A stretch of 64,000 nt of DNA from an uncultured Candidatus Poseidoniales archaeon (GTDB lineage: Archaea > Thermoplasmatota > Poseidoniia > Poseidoniales > Poseidoniaceae), in NCBI GenBank assembly GCA_905182725.1, contig CAJJCQ010000013.1, forward strand, positions 1,849 to 65,848, given 5' to 3'. The notes beneath the pieces were generated by a model. It searched no databases. It was given only the letters and a program-made list of their open reading frames with translations, and was not told the origin of the DNA. Shown here one piece after another: positions 1-9,664 of this stretch. Within the stretch, counting starts at the first letter, position 1. Every line of letters starts with the position of its first letter. Both the position numbers and the translations under genes were made by a program.

Positions 1-35
1 TTCAACTGCTAGAGCCCCACTTGGAGGAGGAGTAA

Positions 36-524
36 ATGCGCGACCAAAAACATCGCTCTCCACTCGGCAGTGGTAATGCCGCACAACGGTTTGCTCTTGC
101 CGGGTTGGCATTAGGTGAGGCGCGTAAAAAAAATCGTGAACAAAAATGGCCAGTTGTCCTTGAAGGAAAACGTGACCGGGCCGCTTTGGAAACCCTTGGA
201 TTTGTAGGCCCGCTCGAAATACTCAACAGGGGATGGGACTTAGACCGTTTCATCACCTACTTGTACGAAAATTACGGCACCCGAAACCCCGATGGTGGGC
301 CGAGTATCTGCCTCCTGATGGATTGGGATCGAACTGGCACGAGGTTACAAAAAACGCTTACTGAACGTCTTGAAAGCCTCGATGTGAAGGTCTGCCATAT
401 CTTATACAACCAGTTGGTAAAAGCACTGAAACCAGAAACACGAGTCGTCGAATCTTTGAAGAGTTTCGATGTAGAATTGTCACCCTTCATAGAACAAGAG
501 GACCCTCTCGAATTCAACTCGTGA
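36..524 (+). CDS. Toprim-domain protein (small primase-like, COG1658-type)
   Basis: Motifs VVLEGKRDRAALETLG and LLMDWDRTG resemble the Toprim E...DxD signature; size ~160 aa. Confidence 0.45.
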   Translation: MRDQKHRSPLGSGNAAQRFALAGLALGEARKKNREQKWPVVLEGKRDRAALETLGFVGPLEILNRGWDLDRFITYLYENYGTRNPDGGPSICLLMDWDRTGTRLQKTLTERLESLDVKVCHILYNQLVKALKPETRVVESLKSFDVELSPFIEQEDPLEFNS

Positions 525-525
525 A

Positions 526-981
526 TTAAGATTTTGAAGGCGGTTTGGGCATACCATCTTCCTTTACCGTGTTGAGTACGACGTGTGTGAATGAACGTGA
601 TACGCCGTCAAGTGTGAAGACTGTCTTTGTAAGATTGTCGAGGTCTTCTCGGTCCTTAACTCGTGCCAGAACCATTGAATCCCATTCTCCTGTCACGTCA
701 TACACAGCAAAAACACGAGGGTCTGCGGCAATTTTAGTCTGGACATCAATCATCCTTCCTTTGACGATGCGTAGCCCTGCCATGATGGTCATCGTCCAAC
801 CCATTGATGCTGGATCTAAGATGACGCTGTAGCCTTTGATGATACCTGCCTCTTCCATTCGTCGAATTCGATTGAGGACAGTCCCTTGAGCGATTCCAAC
901 TTTGCGAGCTAACGCTCGTTGACTTGTTCGGGCATCTTCAAGCATAGCAGCCAAGAGCGCACGGTCGGTTTCATCAAGATC
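526..981 (-). CDS. Lrp/AsnC family transcriptional regulator
   Basis: HTH region RALARKVGIAQGTVLNRIRRMEEAGIIKGY followed by a RAM-like C-terminal domain. The ORF extends to 1236, but the Lrp-like start MDLDETD is at 981, just after the upstream gene's stop at 974. Confidence 0.8.
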   Translation of the reverse strand, partial: DLDETDRALLAAMLEDARTSQRALARKVGIAQGTVLNRIRRMEEAGIIKGYSVILDPASMGWTMTIMAGLRIVKGRMIDVQTKIAADPRVFAVYDVTGEWDSMVLARVKDREDLDNLTKTVFTLDGVSRSFTHVVLNTVKEDGMPKPPSKS

Positions 982-2221
982 CATTGGGTTCACCATTCGA
1001 TGCTTCATGTTCATTGGTTTCAACACTTTGCCCATTCTTTGTTGAAAGTTGAGGTGGAGTAGAAAGGCGAAGGTATTGAGTCCAAGTTCCAAGTTCTTCA
1101 ACTTCAAGACCCAAGGAAATTTGACAGTCAGTATCGAACCTTTCTTTGAATCGAAGTGTGAATTCGATTTCTGAATGTGGGGCGATACGTTTGGTCTTAA
1201 ATCCACCTTTGATTTGCCAAGGGGGTTCTGATTCACAGGACTTCAGCGTAACTTTTTGATTGCCTGCACGGAACGTGAAATGGGCAGCAAGGTGACCTTT
1301 GTCGGCCCACTCTGCATTCAATTTAGGCATGCCTTTTTCCCTTTTCAACGCACTACTCACTGCGCCAGAAGCGAGAACACTGGCGAAAATGAGTAAGAAC
1401 ACTGGAAGCGCTAAATGCCCTACAGTACTGTTTTCCCATCGAGTTGGAAGAGAAGTGTGGTAGAGGGCGAGTAATCGATTGGTGTCGTCACCTTCAGCTT
1501 CGCCAAAAAAGGCGAGAGTGATGTGCCAGCCGTATGGATTGGATTCCAAGTCAATACCTGCTGCAAGCAAATGTTCAGGTGGAATTTCCCATATTGTTTC
1601 AGTGGTGTTTCCTTGCATGTTTGAAAAACCAATTTCAGGCTTCATGTCACGGACTAAATGAGTCGCTTTACGCCCATGGTTGTCCGTAGCATCATCTTCA
1701 GTGATAAAGAAATAGAGTACTGTGTTTCCACTCAAATTCACCAGTGGAGTCATTTCAACTGGGAAACGTAAAAACCATTCATTGTACTCATTGCTCACAA
1801 TTTCTATCGAACCCTCTAGGGCCAGGGTTTGCTGTTCACGCGAATGCTGCTGCCCGAGAAGAAGTCCCTCATCAAGCGTAAGATTATCTCCTTGCGCCTC
1901 ATTAAACAGAGATACTGTTCCGTCTTCAAGCCCTAATTCACCCAGACGAGATTGTGCATCGTCATCCGGCCAATCAGAATTGGTTTCTTCACTCCATTTC
2001 CACCAAGAAAGAAGCACCATGTCCGGACTGTTTCGGACCTCATAAGGTCCATTTTGAGGGAGGAAGTTCTCGTAGATTACTGTTTCAGAACTGCTTTGTT
2101 CAGGAAGAGGTTTCGAAGCGACAAGATTCCATTCTCCACTCTCTTCAGGAGAGGCGAAGGGTACTGCAATGATACTCAAGAACACAAAAATGAGGAACAC
2201 TTGAGTTCGCATGAGATTCAC
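974..2221 (-). CDS. secreted/membrane-anchored hypothetical protein
   Basis: N-terminal signal-like hydrophobic stretch MNLMRTQVFLIFVFLSIIAVPFA and a C-proximal TM segment; no recognised catalytic motif. Confidence 0.45.
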   Translation of the reverse strand: MNLMRTQVFLIFVFLSIIAVPFASPEESGEWNLVASKPLPEQSSSETVIYENFLPQNGPYEVRNSPDMVLLSWWKWSEETNSDWPDDDAQSRLGELGLEDGTVSLFNEAQGDNLTLDEGLLLGQQHSREQQTLALEGSIEIVSNEYNEWFLRFPVEMTPLVNLSGNTVLYFFITEDDATDNHGRKATHLVRDMKPEIGFSNMQGNTTETIWEIPPEHLLAAGIDLESNPYGWHITLAFFGEAEGDDTNRLLALYHTSLPTRWENSTVGHLALPVFLLIFASVLASGAVSSALKREKGMPKLNAEWADKGHLAAHFTFRAGNQKVTLKSCESEPPWQIKGGFKTKRIAPHSEIEFTLRFKERFDTDCQISLGLEVEELGTWTQYLRLSTPPQLSTKNGQSVETNEHEASNGEPNGS

Positions 2222-4008
2222 TCTTCCTCATCATCGGCTTGGAAAGGCATATCAAGTTTGAGCCGTAGAATATCTCTGCCTTTTTCATCCATCATCAAGG
2301 TCAAACGCGCACCAGCCCATGCTGAGACCAGAGCCTCTCCACTTGGTAACTGGCAGGAAAGCAAGAGGGGGCCATCAACTTCAATGGGTTCAAATTCACT
2401 GTTATACTGTTCGATCATTGGAGCCCAACCTTTCAGCAATCGAGCTAATATTTCAGTTGAGATACTCTGTTTCGATTCGGTAATCAGTGATTGAAGTGCT
2501 GGAACTGCTTCCTGGCGAGACCGCCAAGCATCTCGCTTCTTGGTAAAAGCCGGTAAACCGACATGGATCAATTTGAGTGGGTGAAAGGTCCCTTCAGGCC
2601 ATAAATTACCTCGCTTATTTGGGCATTTTTGATTGAAAATACGCTCTTCAACCATTTTTGGAGCGATGTTCAAGCGCTTACCTCGAGTCCACCAAGACAG
2701 GTCTTTCCCGTCCAAACCATACCTCGTTTTTGCTTCGTCAATCGTTTCGGGATTTGCAGCATAAATCGTATGGCGGTTGGTTTGAGGTTGGTCAAGAACC
2801 AAAGGCACCCATTCCGAATGAAGAGAAGATTTTCGATTTCGGATGAATGATTTCGCAATCCCTTCCGGAGTTGCTTCTGGTCGATGGCGGAACAGAGCGA
2901 CAAAAAAGCCGCCTGTGTCGTTATCATGGTGAACAAGACGTCGGCATTTCGCAAGTTCTGATTGGATGCGAACTTCAGTATCTTCATCGATTTCTTCATC
3001 CAGTAATTCATTCCAATGAAGCCGAGCCGCAGGACTCATGTGAGCAGGTTGGAGAAATGTGGTTTGGGCAACTTCGGCGCCTCTTGGAAGTGGTTCTCCC
3101 TTTTCATCAAGCGAATCCCAGTCGGTAAGTCCCGGGCGGAGTTTCAAACCCGGTAGTTTTGATTCATCAATATCGACGAGTTCTAAATACGGTAACTTAC
3201 GCAATAATTGAGCAACCACCGCCTCATTTTCGCACGGATCGATGCTGCAAGTCGAATAGGCTAATTTCCCACCAGGCCGTAAAAGACTGGCCCCTCTTAC
3301 AGTGATTTCAACTTGTAAACGGAACAATGTACGACTTTCTTTCGGCGACCACTTCCACCATACATTTCTGTTTTTTCGAGTTGTTGCTGAACCTGTACAA
3401 GGGACATCGGCAACAACTCCATCGTAACCAGGTGGAGGGATTCGGCCGATATGTCGGCCATCTTGTTGATTGATGAGCATGTTTGCTGTCGAGAGGCGAC
3501 CTCTGTTTGAGACGAGCATGTTGACTCGCCCTGATATTGGTTCGTTGGCAACAACAACACCACTTGGCGCTATTGCTTCAGCAACTTGAGTTGCTTTGGA
3601 GCCTGGTGCCGCACATAAGTCTAATATCAATTCGCCAGGTTGAGGGTCAAGAACAACAACAGGAAGCATACTTGCTGCTTCTTGGCGTGTAATTCGACCT
3701 GATTCGTGAAGTAAACTTAGAATATACTTACTCCGTTCGTCAGGAGCTTGGCCACGTGCAAAGGGCATTTGCCAAGCAAAACCGTCTTCGGCCCAAGGAA
3801 GAGGTTGCCCCCCTAATTCACGAAGTTGCGCTTCTGTCCATGCTTTATCATGCCGAGCGCGCGTGACTCGGAGCGTTTCGGGGAGTGAAGTTGTCGCTGA
3901 TTGAATCCAAGAATCTAAGTCGTAACCTAAGTTCTTGGCAAGATTTGCTAAAGGCGTATCGCGTGCTACAACCAGCAAATCTTGCTCTTGCCATTGGTCG
4001 CGGCCCAT
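2218..4008 (-). CDS. NOL1/NOP2/Sun-family RNA (cytosine-C5)-methyltransferase
   Basis: SAM motif DLCAAPGSKATQ and catalytic DVPCTGSATTRKN (the TC/PC-Cys pair) typical of RsmB/RsmF/NSUN; long C-terminal extension. Confidence 0.75.
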   Translation of the reverse strand: MGRDQWQEQDLLVVARDTPLANLAKNLGYDLDSWIQSATTSLPETLRVTRARHDKAWTEAQLRELGGQPLPWAEDGFAWQMPFARGQAPDERSKYILSLLHESGRITRQEAASMLPVVVLDPQPGELILDLCAAPGSKATQVAEAIAPSGVVVANEPISGRVNMLVSNRGRLSTANMLINQQDGRHIGRIPPPGYDGVVADVPCTGSATTRKNRNVWWKWSPKESRTLFRLQVEITVRGASLLRPGGKLAYSTCSIDPCENEAVVAQLLRKLPYLELVDIDESKLPGLKLRPGLTDWDSLDEKGEPLPRGAEVAQTTFLQPAHMSPAARLHWNELLDEEIDEDTEVRIQSELAKCRRLVHHDNDTGGFFVALFRHRPEATPEGIAKSFIRNRKSSLHSEWVPLVLDQPQTNRHTIYAANPETIDEAKTRYGLDGKDLSWWTRGKRLNIAPKMVEERIFNQKCPNKRGNLWPEGTFHPLKLIHVGLPAFTKKRDAWRSRQEAVPALQSLITESKQSISTEILARLLKGWAPMIEQYNSEFEPIEVDGPLLLSCQLPSGEALVSAWAGARLTLMMDEKGRDILRLKLDMPFQADDEEE

Positions 4009-4079
4009 GTGTGTGGGTCTTGGCTCCTCTCTATCTTGCTTCCGCCATCCTCAAGGGCTTTGCACCCCACGGCTCAAAC

Positions 4080-5459
4080 ATGTTGGGGGATACATTGCCG
4101 TGGTTTTTGCCGCTGTTCGTGTTCGGTCTCTTCGCATGGATTTTCTATGAGGCAATAGAGAAATATGCAAAAAAGAAGAATACTTCTTTTTGGTTGGGAG
4201 CAATTTTGGCTATTCGGTGGTTGCCCCCAGTTCAATTGTTACTGATGTTAATTGTTCGACTCATTGCTCTAATTCAGCGTGACCTCACCCATATCGAGAT
4301 TGCGCAATACATGGGCCCGGGTGATTTTTCACTCAGTGATTTGAAATTAATAATGACTGGAGATGGTGGCTTTGAATCCGTAGTTCTGGTGATTCTTTTG
4401 TTCGCCTTGCTTTCTGAACGCTTGCCAAGTATAGCGAATGCACGAAGCGATTTACGGCAGGATTTCCGAAACCGGATGATGATGTTTACCGGATTGGTTC
4501 TCCTACTTTTCTCGACAACTCTTTTCCCAGAAACATCGTATTATTCTGCAAATACGTTACCTCTCAATCCAATCGGAACGATTCCTTCTTGGGATACACT
4601 TGCTCCAGTTCTTCTCTTTACGGGATTAACGATGTTTGGGGGAGAACTTTTTGCAGTTTCAACGTTGTTTTTTGCTGGAGAGAATTTTCAAACGCTCGCC
4701 CGTAGAGCTCGAAACAAAGTACTGATCTTGGCCTTGACAACAATTGTTTGGCTTTCATTGACGCTTGATATCCAAGATGATTGGTTGCAAAAAGTTCCGG
4801 AGATAGGTCTTCTTTTGCCACTGACCCTTATGCTTCACTTAGGTGTGTGCTTAGCCATCGTCATCCAACCAGCAGTCCGAATCGAGTCCGAACTCAATCA
4901 CGGAGAAGGGCGGAGTTGGGCGATGATGATTTTAGCTGCGACAATGGCTCTTTTTGTCCTTGTTCTAACACCGCTCCATCTTGATGAAATTGGTGTTTTT
5001 GGCACTGGTCTAGGACCTTATGTGTATGGTTTTTGGGTGGCGGCAGTCGCTGTATCAGTCATGATGTTGGTACAATTTCTACCCGCACTTGGGTTCGACG
5101 CAGCCCCTCGCCCCGAAATCTGGTGGATGAAAATGACGCTTGTTTTCTCTCCAATCATTCTTTGCATGTTTACGCCGTTCGCTCTCTTTTTAATTCCAGC
5201 AATTTGGCTTGCTTTACCTTGGTCTTCTCTAACTCCGTGGTTCATCGAACGAGATGTGCCTTCACCTTCTGCTTCGTTCGTATTGTACCCGGTTCTTTTC
5301 ATCACTGCCATGTGTGCAATACTTCCCTTTTCATCGGATGAACCGTTCCTTACATCGCTTTGGTTCGGATGGATTCCTGGCGCAATGGCAACCATTGGGC
5401 TTACGCTCCATATCAAGCATAATGACAAGGAGTCTGGAAACAATTCGGAAGATGAATGA
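4080..5459 (+). CDS. polytopic integral membrane protein (hypothetical)
   Basis: >=10 hydrophobic helices. The ORF opens at 3885, but that would overlap the divergent methyltransferase 5' end by 124 nt; the internal Met at 4080 (MLGDTLPWFLPLF) avoids this. Confidence 0.45.
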   Translation: MLGDTLPWFLPLFVFGLFAWIFYEAIEKYAKKKNTSFWLGAILAIRWLPPVQLLLMLIVRLIALIQRDLTHIEIAQYMGPGDFSLSDLKLIMTGDGGFESVVLVILLFALLSERLPSIANARSDLRQDFRNRMMMFTGLVLLLFSTTLFPETSYYSANTLPLNPIGTIPSWDTLAPVLLFTGLTMFGGELFAVSTLFFAGENFQTLARRARNKVLILALTTIVWLSLTLDIQDDWLQKVPEIGLLLPLTLMLHLGVCLAIVIQPAVRIESELNHGEGRSWAMMILAATMALFVLVLTPLHLDEIGVFGTGLGPYVYGFWVAAVAVSVMMLVQFLPALGFDAAPRPEIWWMKMTLVFSPIILCMFTPFALFLIPAIWLALPWSSLTPWFIERDVPSPSASFVLYPVLFITAMCAILPFSSDEPFLTSLWFGWIPGAMATIGLTLHIKHNDKESGNNSEDE

Positions 5460-5478
5460 AAGCACTACGCCCTCAATT

Positions 5479-5817
5479 CTATTCTTCACTCAATTCCGAT
5501 TCAAGTACGGCTGCTTCTAATTCCGCCCATGCAGAACTTACGCTTCCATCTTTTACCGTCGTTTCGATTTCACTTCGTACTCGTTCAGACAACATATCGT
5601 CGTCTTCATCGGGGAAGAAATGGGACATTAGACCACTTTCTGAACGAAGAGATTTTGACAGTATGACCAATAAAAGACCGATAAGAGGGAAGAGCCATCC
5701 TAAACTCATCGTTTCAAGATTCATTCGGCCTTGAACAAAACCAAAACCAGTGATAAGAAAACAACCAATTCCAGTACCGAGCAAAAGCGACGTTGCTGCA
5801 TCGGATGGGTTGCTCAT
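5479..5817 (-). CDS. small membrane protein with acidic C-terminal tail
   Basis: Two predicted TM helices (LLLGTGIGCFLITGFGFV, LFPLIGLLLVILS), acidic tail; no homolog recognised. Confidence 0.3.
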   Translation of the reverse strand: MSNPSDAATSLLLGTGIGCFLITGFGFVQGRMNLETMSLGWLFPLIGLLLVILSKSLRSESGLMSHFFPDEDDDMLSERVRSEIETTVKDGSVSSAWAELEAAVLESELSEE

Positions 5818-5865
5818 AGACCTGCCTAGAGGAACAAGGCAATGAACCCAACGGCAAGCAAGGGC

Positions 5866-6447
5866 TCAGTAGGTTTCTCGCATCAACTTGTGAATTTTGT
5901 AGGGGAGTAATGCCCGATTCACTGGTGTAACTTCGAGAATACGGCCATCGTCACGACGGCGGATATCTTGTAACAAAGGGTGGCGGCTTTTCTTGTGAAG
6001 TGTCAACAATGTTGGCTTGTCAACTTCAAGAGCGCTACGAACAATGTTAACGAATGCTTCACTTTCTACAGCAAACTTTCCGATCTCATCAATGACCAAC
6101 ACTTCACATTCGTCACGAGCAAATTCAATTGCGGGGATAGCAATTCGTTCCAGAGCTTCTGTATCAATTCCATATCCGAGAACACGAAGGCGCGAATCGA
6201 TGTTTTTGTGAGCCATAATTGCATTTTCACCGGTAACGATGTTGAATACGCTGTATCCGAGACGCTCGCTACCGTCTAAAATAGGCTCAGTTCGCATGCC
6301 ACCAATGATTGGTGCCTCGGTTAAGCTTCCTCGCATCTTGATTTCGCGTGTTCGCTCATCTTGAAGCATTTCGAGGACTTTTTCCATAACGGCAGATTTG
6401 CCGCTACGAGGTAAGCCGGTTATGCCAATCTTTGGATGAATTCCCAT
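5866..6447 (-). CDS. P-loop nucleoside-triphosphatase (THEP1/COG1618-like)
   Basis: Walker A GLPRSGKS, Walker B VLVIDEIGKF, ~190 aa; archaeal NTPase family architecture. Confidence 0.6.
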   Translation of the reverse strand: MGIHPKIGITGLPRSGKSAVMEKVLEMLQDERTREIKMRGSLTEAPIIGGMRTEPILDGSERLGYSVFNIVTGENAIMAHKNIDSRLRVLGYGIDTEALERIAIPAIEFARDECEVLVIDEIGKFAVESEAFVNIVRSALEVDKPTLLTLHKKSRHPLLQDIRRRDDGRILEVTPVNRALLPYKIHKLMRETY

Positions 6448-6570
6448 TTAACTCACCACGATTAATCGCTAACGGTCAATGCAGTGGCTTATCAGTAATA
6501 AATGATGTTGCACTCCATTGCAGTCCTGTCGGATTGCATTACCGAAAGAAGTAGGCCGTAGTTTGCTTGA

Positions 6571-8565
6571 TTACTGAATTGAAAGCACCAATTCCGGCAT
6601 TTCAGATGTAGTTTCCACGGGGAGCATTTCTAGTTCGTAATTATTGACGTTATTATTGGCGGACCAAGCACGAGCCCATTCGTCAAGATCTTTCGCATTC
6701 AATAATTCACACATCCAGTGAAGGGCTTTCTCCAGTGTACCATGATTCCCGATAAGGCGTTCTTGAATCTCAGTATGGAGTTCAATATGGTTCACACTGT
6801 TTCCGAGCACGCATCCTGCTGGAATAACTGCCCAGCGAAGACGGCGTTCTTGGTGAGCATTCACAATGGCCTGACAAGCAAGTCGCGGACCGTATTTCGG
6901 TTCAGCACTTCCGCACCACATGGCGAGTTGGCGCTCATTGGCCCTTGATGGGATGTCGGTTCGGAAAGCTGGATGGCGGACAAAGACTTGACCGTCTTCA
7001 TCTTCAGAAAAGTGCACTCCACGGATAAATGGTCGTGAACCTCGTCCTTTGACCCATGTTTCAATCGACTTTGAGTGTGCAGTTTGATCGATTTCGCCGA
7101 CTCGCACACGAATGGTGTGCCCGTTGGTCGCAATAGCGTGTTGCTGTTCTCCCATTCGAGGTAAGCTCGCGAGATGGTCGAGAATTTGGAGGGTTTGTTT
7201 GCGCTCGACGCGGTCCCGTGGCAAACGGGGAATAGCCCATGTATCTTTAGCCCAAGCAACCCAACGTTCTTTTTCCATCTCAAAAGAGGGAACTCGGTTT
7301 GAAAGACCACTTTGGTCACGACGTAAATCGGCGCGACTAATTGGGCCATGGATGACGAGTTTCTCTGTTTCTTGTTTCGCAGTGATGCCGAGCACTGCAA
7401 CACCCTGTGTCATTCCCGGGAACAAATGGTTGGCTTCTTCGATAGCCCAAATCTCGCTCCATCCGTGGCCTTCTACGAGCAGTTGACGAAGTGGGTGGGA
7501 TGATTGTTCTCGAAGGATACTGTCGGGGGCGATTAAGCGCAAACGGCCGCCTTGTTCCAAAATTTGCAATCCTCGTTCAATGAATAATCGATAGAGGTTG
7601 ACGTTTCCTCGCATTGTCGAGAAACGTGGAACACCATTGTCGGAAAGGGCCCGCAACTGTTCACCGAGTTCTCGGCGAAGTTTACTTCCTTCTTCCATTC
7701 CGCGGAACCGGTCTTTGATTCTCAACCAAGGCGGATTGGTAACGATGAGTCGTGGAGATTCTGCCCAAGGCCAACCACCTTGCAAAGTATCACCTTGGCG
7801 AACTGCCTGTTCAAGTAATTGTTCAGCTTCTTTTCGTGGAAGGCATCCAGGTTTGTTCGATTTCAAACTTACCAAATCAAAACGAATACACTCGAGTAAC
7901 AAGCGTTGTCGTGTTGAAGATACGACTAATTCGTCATTATCGAGTAATTGGAACGAAGAAAGAAGGGCTTTGGTATCCGCGACCTTTCGTTCGATGGTGC
8001 TGTCACTGTGATTTTCTGCGTGACGTCGGATCAATCGTGCGTGGAAGATTCCACCACCGCATGAAGTATCTGCGACTGGAAGGGGGATGCCACTGAGCGT
8101 TCGAAGACCGAGCTCAACTCGTTCAAATTCAGATTCATCATCGACTTCAGGTTCTTGGGAGAGTTGAGGCAGGTTGAGTTTTTCGAGATGTTGCCGGAAA
8201 CCCGGCGGGAGGTTGTTGAGGTGCATTGAAGATGTTTGAGTCGGTGCTTTTGGACGCGTCAAGCTTTCCAATAATTCAGAAGCGATGACTGCATCTGCCA
8301 GACGCGGAGGAGTAGGGTGTGCGCCACGAGGAGAGCGCCCATCAGCCTCTGCGTCATGCCGAGCCAAAAGGTGATCAAGAACATGACCGGGGTCGGTCAA
8401 GAGATTCGCAGGAAGTGTTGGCCAATCTTCTGGAAGAAGAGCAGCAATTGGTTGGTGGACAAGAAGGGATTGCTCCCACGCAGCAAGCCAAATATGAATT
8501 TGTTCGGTACGATCTCCGAGACATCGGTCTAGTCGTGCATACCATCCGCTTACTCCGCTCTGCAT
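6571..8565 (-). CDS. N6-adenine DNA methyltransferase, gamma-class (Eco57I/TaqI/PglX-like), no nuclease domain
   Basis: Motif X-like GAHPTPPRLADAVIASEL, motif I-like DTSCGGGIF, motif IV LIVTNPPW, then NLYRLFIERGLQILEQGGRLRLIAPDSIL; ~250-aa C-terminal putative TRD. Confidence 0.7.
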   Translation of the reverse strand: MQSGVSGWYARLDRCLGDRTEQIHIWLAAWEQSLLVHQPIAALLPEDWPTLPANLLTDPGHVLDHLLARHDAEADGRSPRGAHPTPPRLADAVIASELLESLTRPKAPTQTSSMHLNNLPPGFRQHLEKLNLPQLSQEPEVDDESEFERVELGLRTLSGIPLPVADTSCGGGIFHARLIRRHAENHSDSTIERKVADTKALLSSFQLLDNDELVVSSTRQRLLLECIRFDLVSLKSNKPGCLPRKEAEQLLEQAVRQGDTLQGGWPWAESPRLIVTNPPWLRIKDRFRGMEEGSKLRRELGEQLRALSDNGVPRFSTMRGNVNLYRLFIERGLQILEQGGRLRLIAPDSILREQSSHPLRQLLVEGHGWSEIWAIEEANHLFPGMTQGVAVLGITAKQETEKLVIHGPISRADLRRDQSGLSNRVPSFEMEKERWVAWAKDTWAIPRLPRDRVERKQTLQILDHLASLPRMGEQQHAIATNGHTIRVRVGEIDQTAHSKSIETWVKGRGSRPFIRGVHFSEDEDGQVFVRHPAFRTDIPSRANERQLAMWCGSAEPKYGPRLACQAIVNAHQERRLRWAVIPAGCVLGNSVNHIELHTEIQERLIGNHGTLEKALHWMCELLNAKDLDEWARAWSANNNVNNYELEMLPVETTSEMPELVLSIQ

Positions 8566-8653
8566 TCACCCCACCCAAACCAGCGGGCTGGCTTTTCCGG
8601 TTTGAATGTGACCCTTGTTTCAAGGGTCTGAAAAAAGCCAAAAAGCGGGTTTT

Positions 8654-9151
8654 TCAAAGAAGTCCCAAGTGTAAAAAACTCTCATTATGCCACTCCCAAC
8701 CTGTTTTAATCCATTCAAACAAAGCCGAGAGCTCTTTTTTGTGAACTCCTGCTGCTTTGGCGAGCGTTTTGATAACTTTCAACTCCGATTCATCGTATTC
8801 GCCATCGACTGCCGCAACAAGGATTGCATCCCGTAAAGCAATCTTCAGTACCACGGGGTTTAATTTCGAAATGACCAAGTCAAGTGATGGGGGGTTCTCA
8901 AGTAAATTACGAACATCTACTCTCATTTCAGGATGCATCATACATCGGCCCATGAGTGCTTCGATAATTGCAAGTTCTTCCTTGACAAGAGCGCCGTCTG
9001 CCGAAGCTACAATGACCATAATTTCAGCGTACCCTTTGACATCTTCTTGAGCGAAATCCACTGCAAGATCGAGATACACGGGGTTCACTCCGATATCTCG
9101 TTGAGGATATCGTATCCTTCTTGCATCCAACGGTAGCCTTTCGCAGTCCAC
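8654..9151 (-). CDS. TerB-like (tellurite-resistance TerB / DjlA-N-like) domain protein
   Basis: Paired helical repeats with ADGALVKEELAIIEAL and AAVDGEYDESELKVIKTLA motifs; 5' end overlaps the upstream paralog by 67 nt, so the start is uncertain. Confidence 0.4.
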   Translation of the reverse strand: MDCERLPLDARRIRYPQRDIGVNPVYLDLAVDFAQEDVKGYAEIMVIVASADGALVKEELAIIEALMGRCMMHPEMRVDVRNLLENPPSLDLVISKLNPVVLKIALRDAILVAAVDGEYDESELKVIKTLAKAAGVHKKELSALFEWIKTGWEWHNESFLHLGLL

Positions 9152-9516
9152 TTGAGCAGATGTTCTACAGAATCTGGGGCGAGTCCGAAATGTTCGACAA
9201 TCGACTCCAATACTTCGCGCTCATCATCATCAACAGTACCATCAGCAGCAGCCATTAAAGTTGCATCTCGCAAAGCGAGTCGTCCAGTTTCTTCACCCAT
9301 TGCAGAAAGACACTCTTCTAATGAGGGCGGAGACTTCAAAGCATTACGAATCATTTTTCTTTGAGGTGGAGAGAGGAGAGCTGTGCCAAGTCGTTGCTCA
9401 AACATAGCCATCTCATCAACGGTTAATTCATTGTCAACCCTTGCCATAAATGCAAGTAAACGCGCATAAGCAAAACGTTCTTCTCGAGGGAGTTTGTGTA
9501 CTGTGTCCGGTAGCAT
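9085..9516 (-). CDS. TerB-like domain protein (paralog of 8654..9151)
   Basis: Motifs FMARVDNELTVDEMAMFEQRL and AAADGTVDDDEREVLESIVEHFGL. Confidence 0.4.
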   Translation of the reverse strand: MLPDTVHKLPREERFAYARLLAFMARVDNELTVDEMAMFEQRLGTALLSPPQRKMIRNALKSPPSLEECLSAMGEETGRLALRDATLMAAADGTVDDDEREVLESIVEHFGLAPDSVEHLLKWTAKGYRWMQEGYDILNEISE

Positions 9517-9664
9517 TACACCTGCGTATTCGACTTAGACTTAGAACCCAACGCTGATTCTTCGTCTTGTAAAGTGATTCTTAACTGGGAAATGGTCGGC
9601 CAAAGAGTGCTCTTTGACAATTCTAAAGGCAAGACTTGATGGCAGAGGGGTCCCTGCTAGTGCC

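Noticed and set aside
6861-7486. Overlapping antisense/alternate-frame ORFs (for example 6861..7403, 7112..7486, 10803..11273, 16949..17480, 1952..2494)
   Set aside because: They are nested within longer ORFs that carry clear family motifs (MTase, UGDH, NadC, etc.), so they are shadow ORFs
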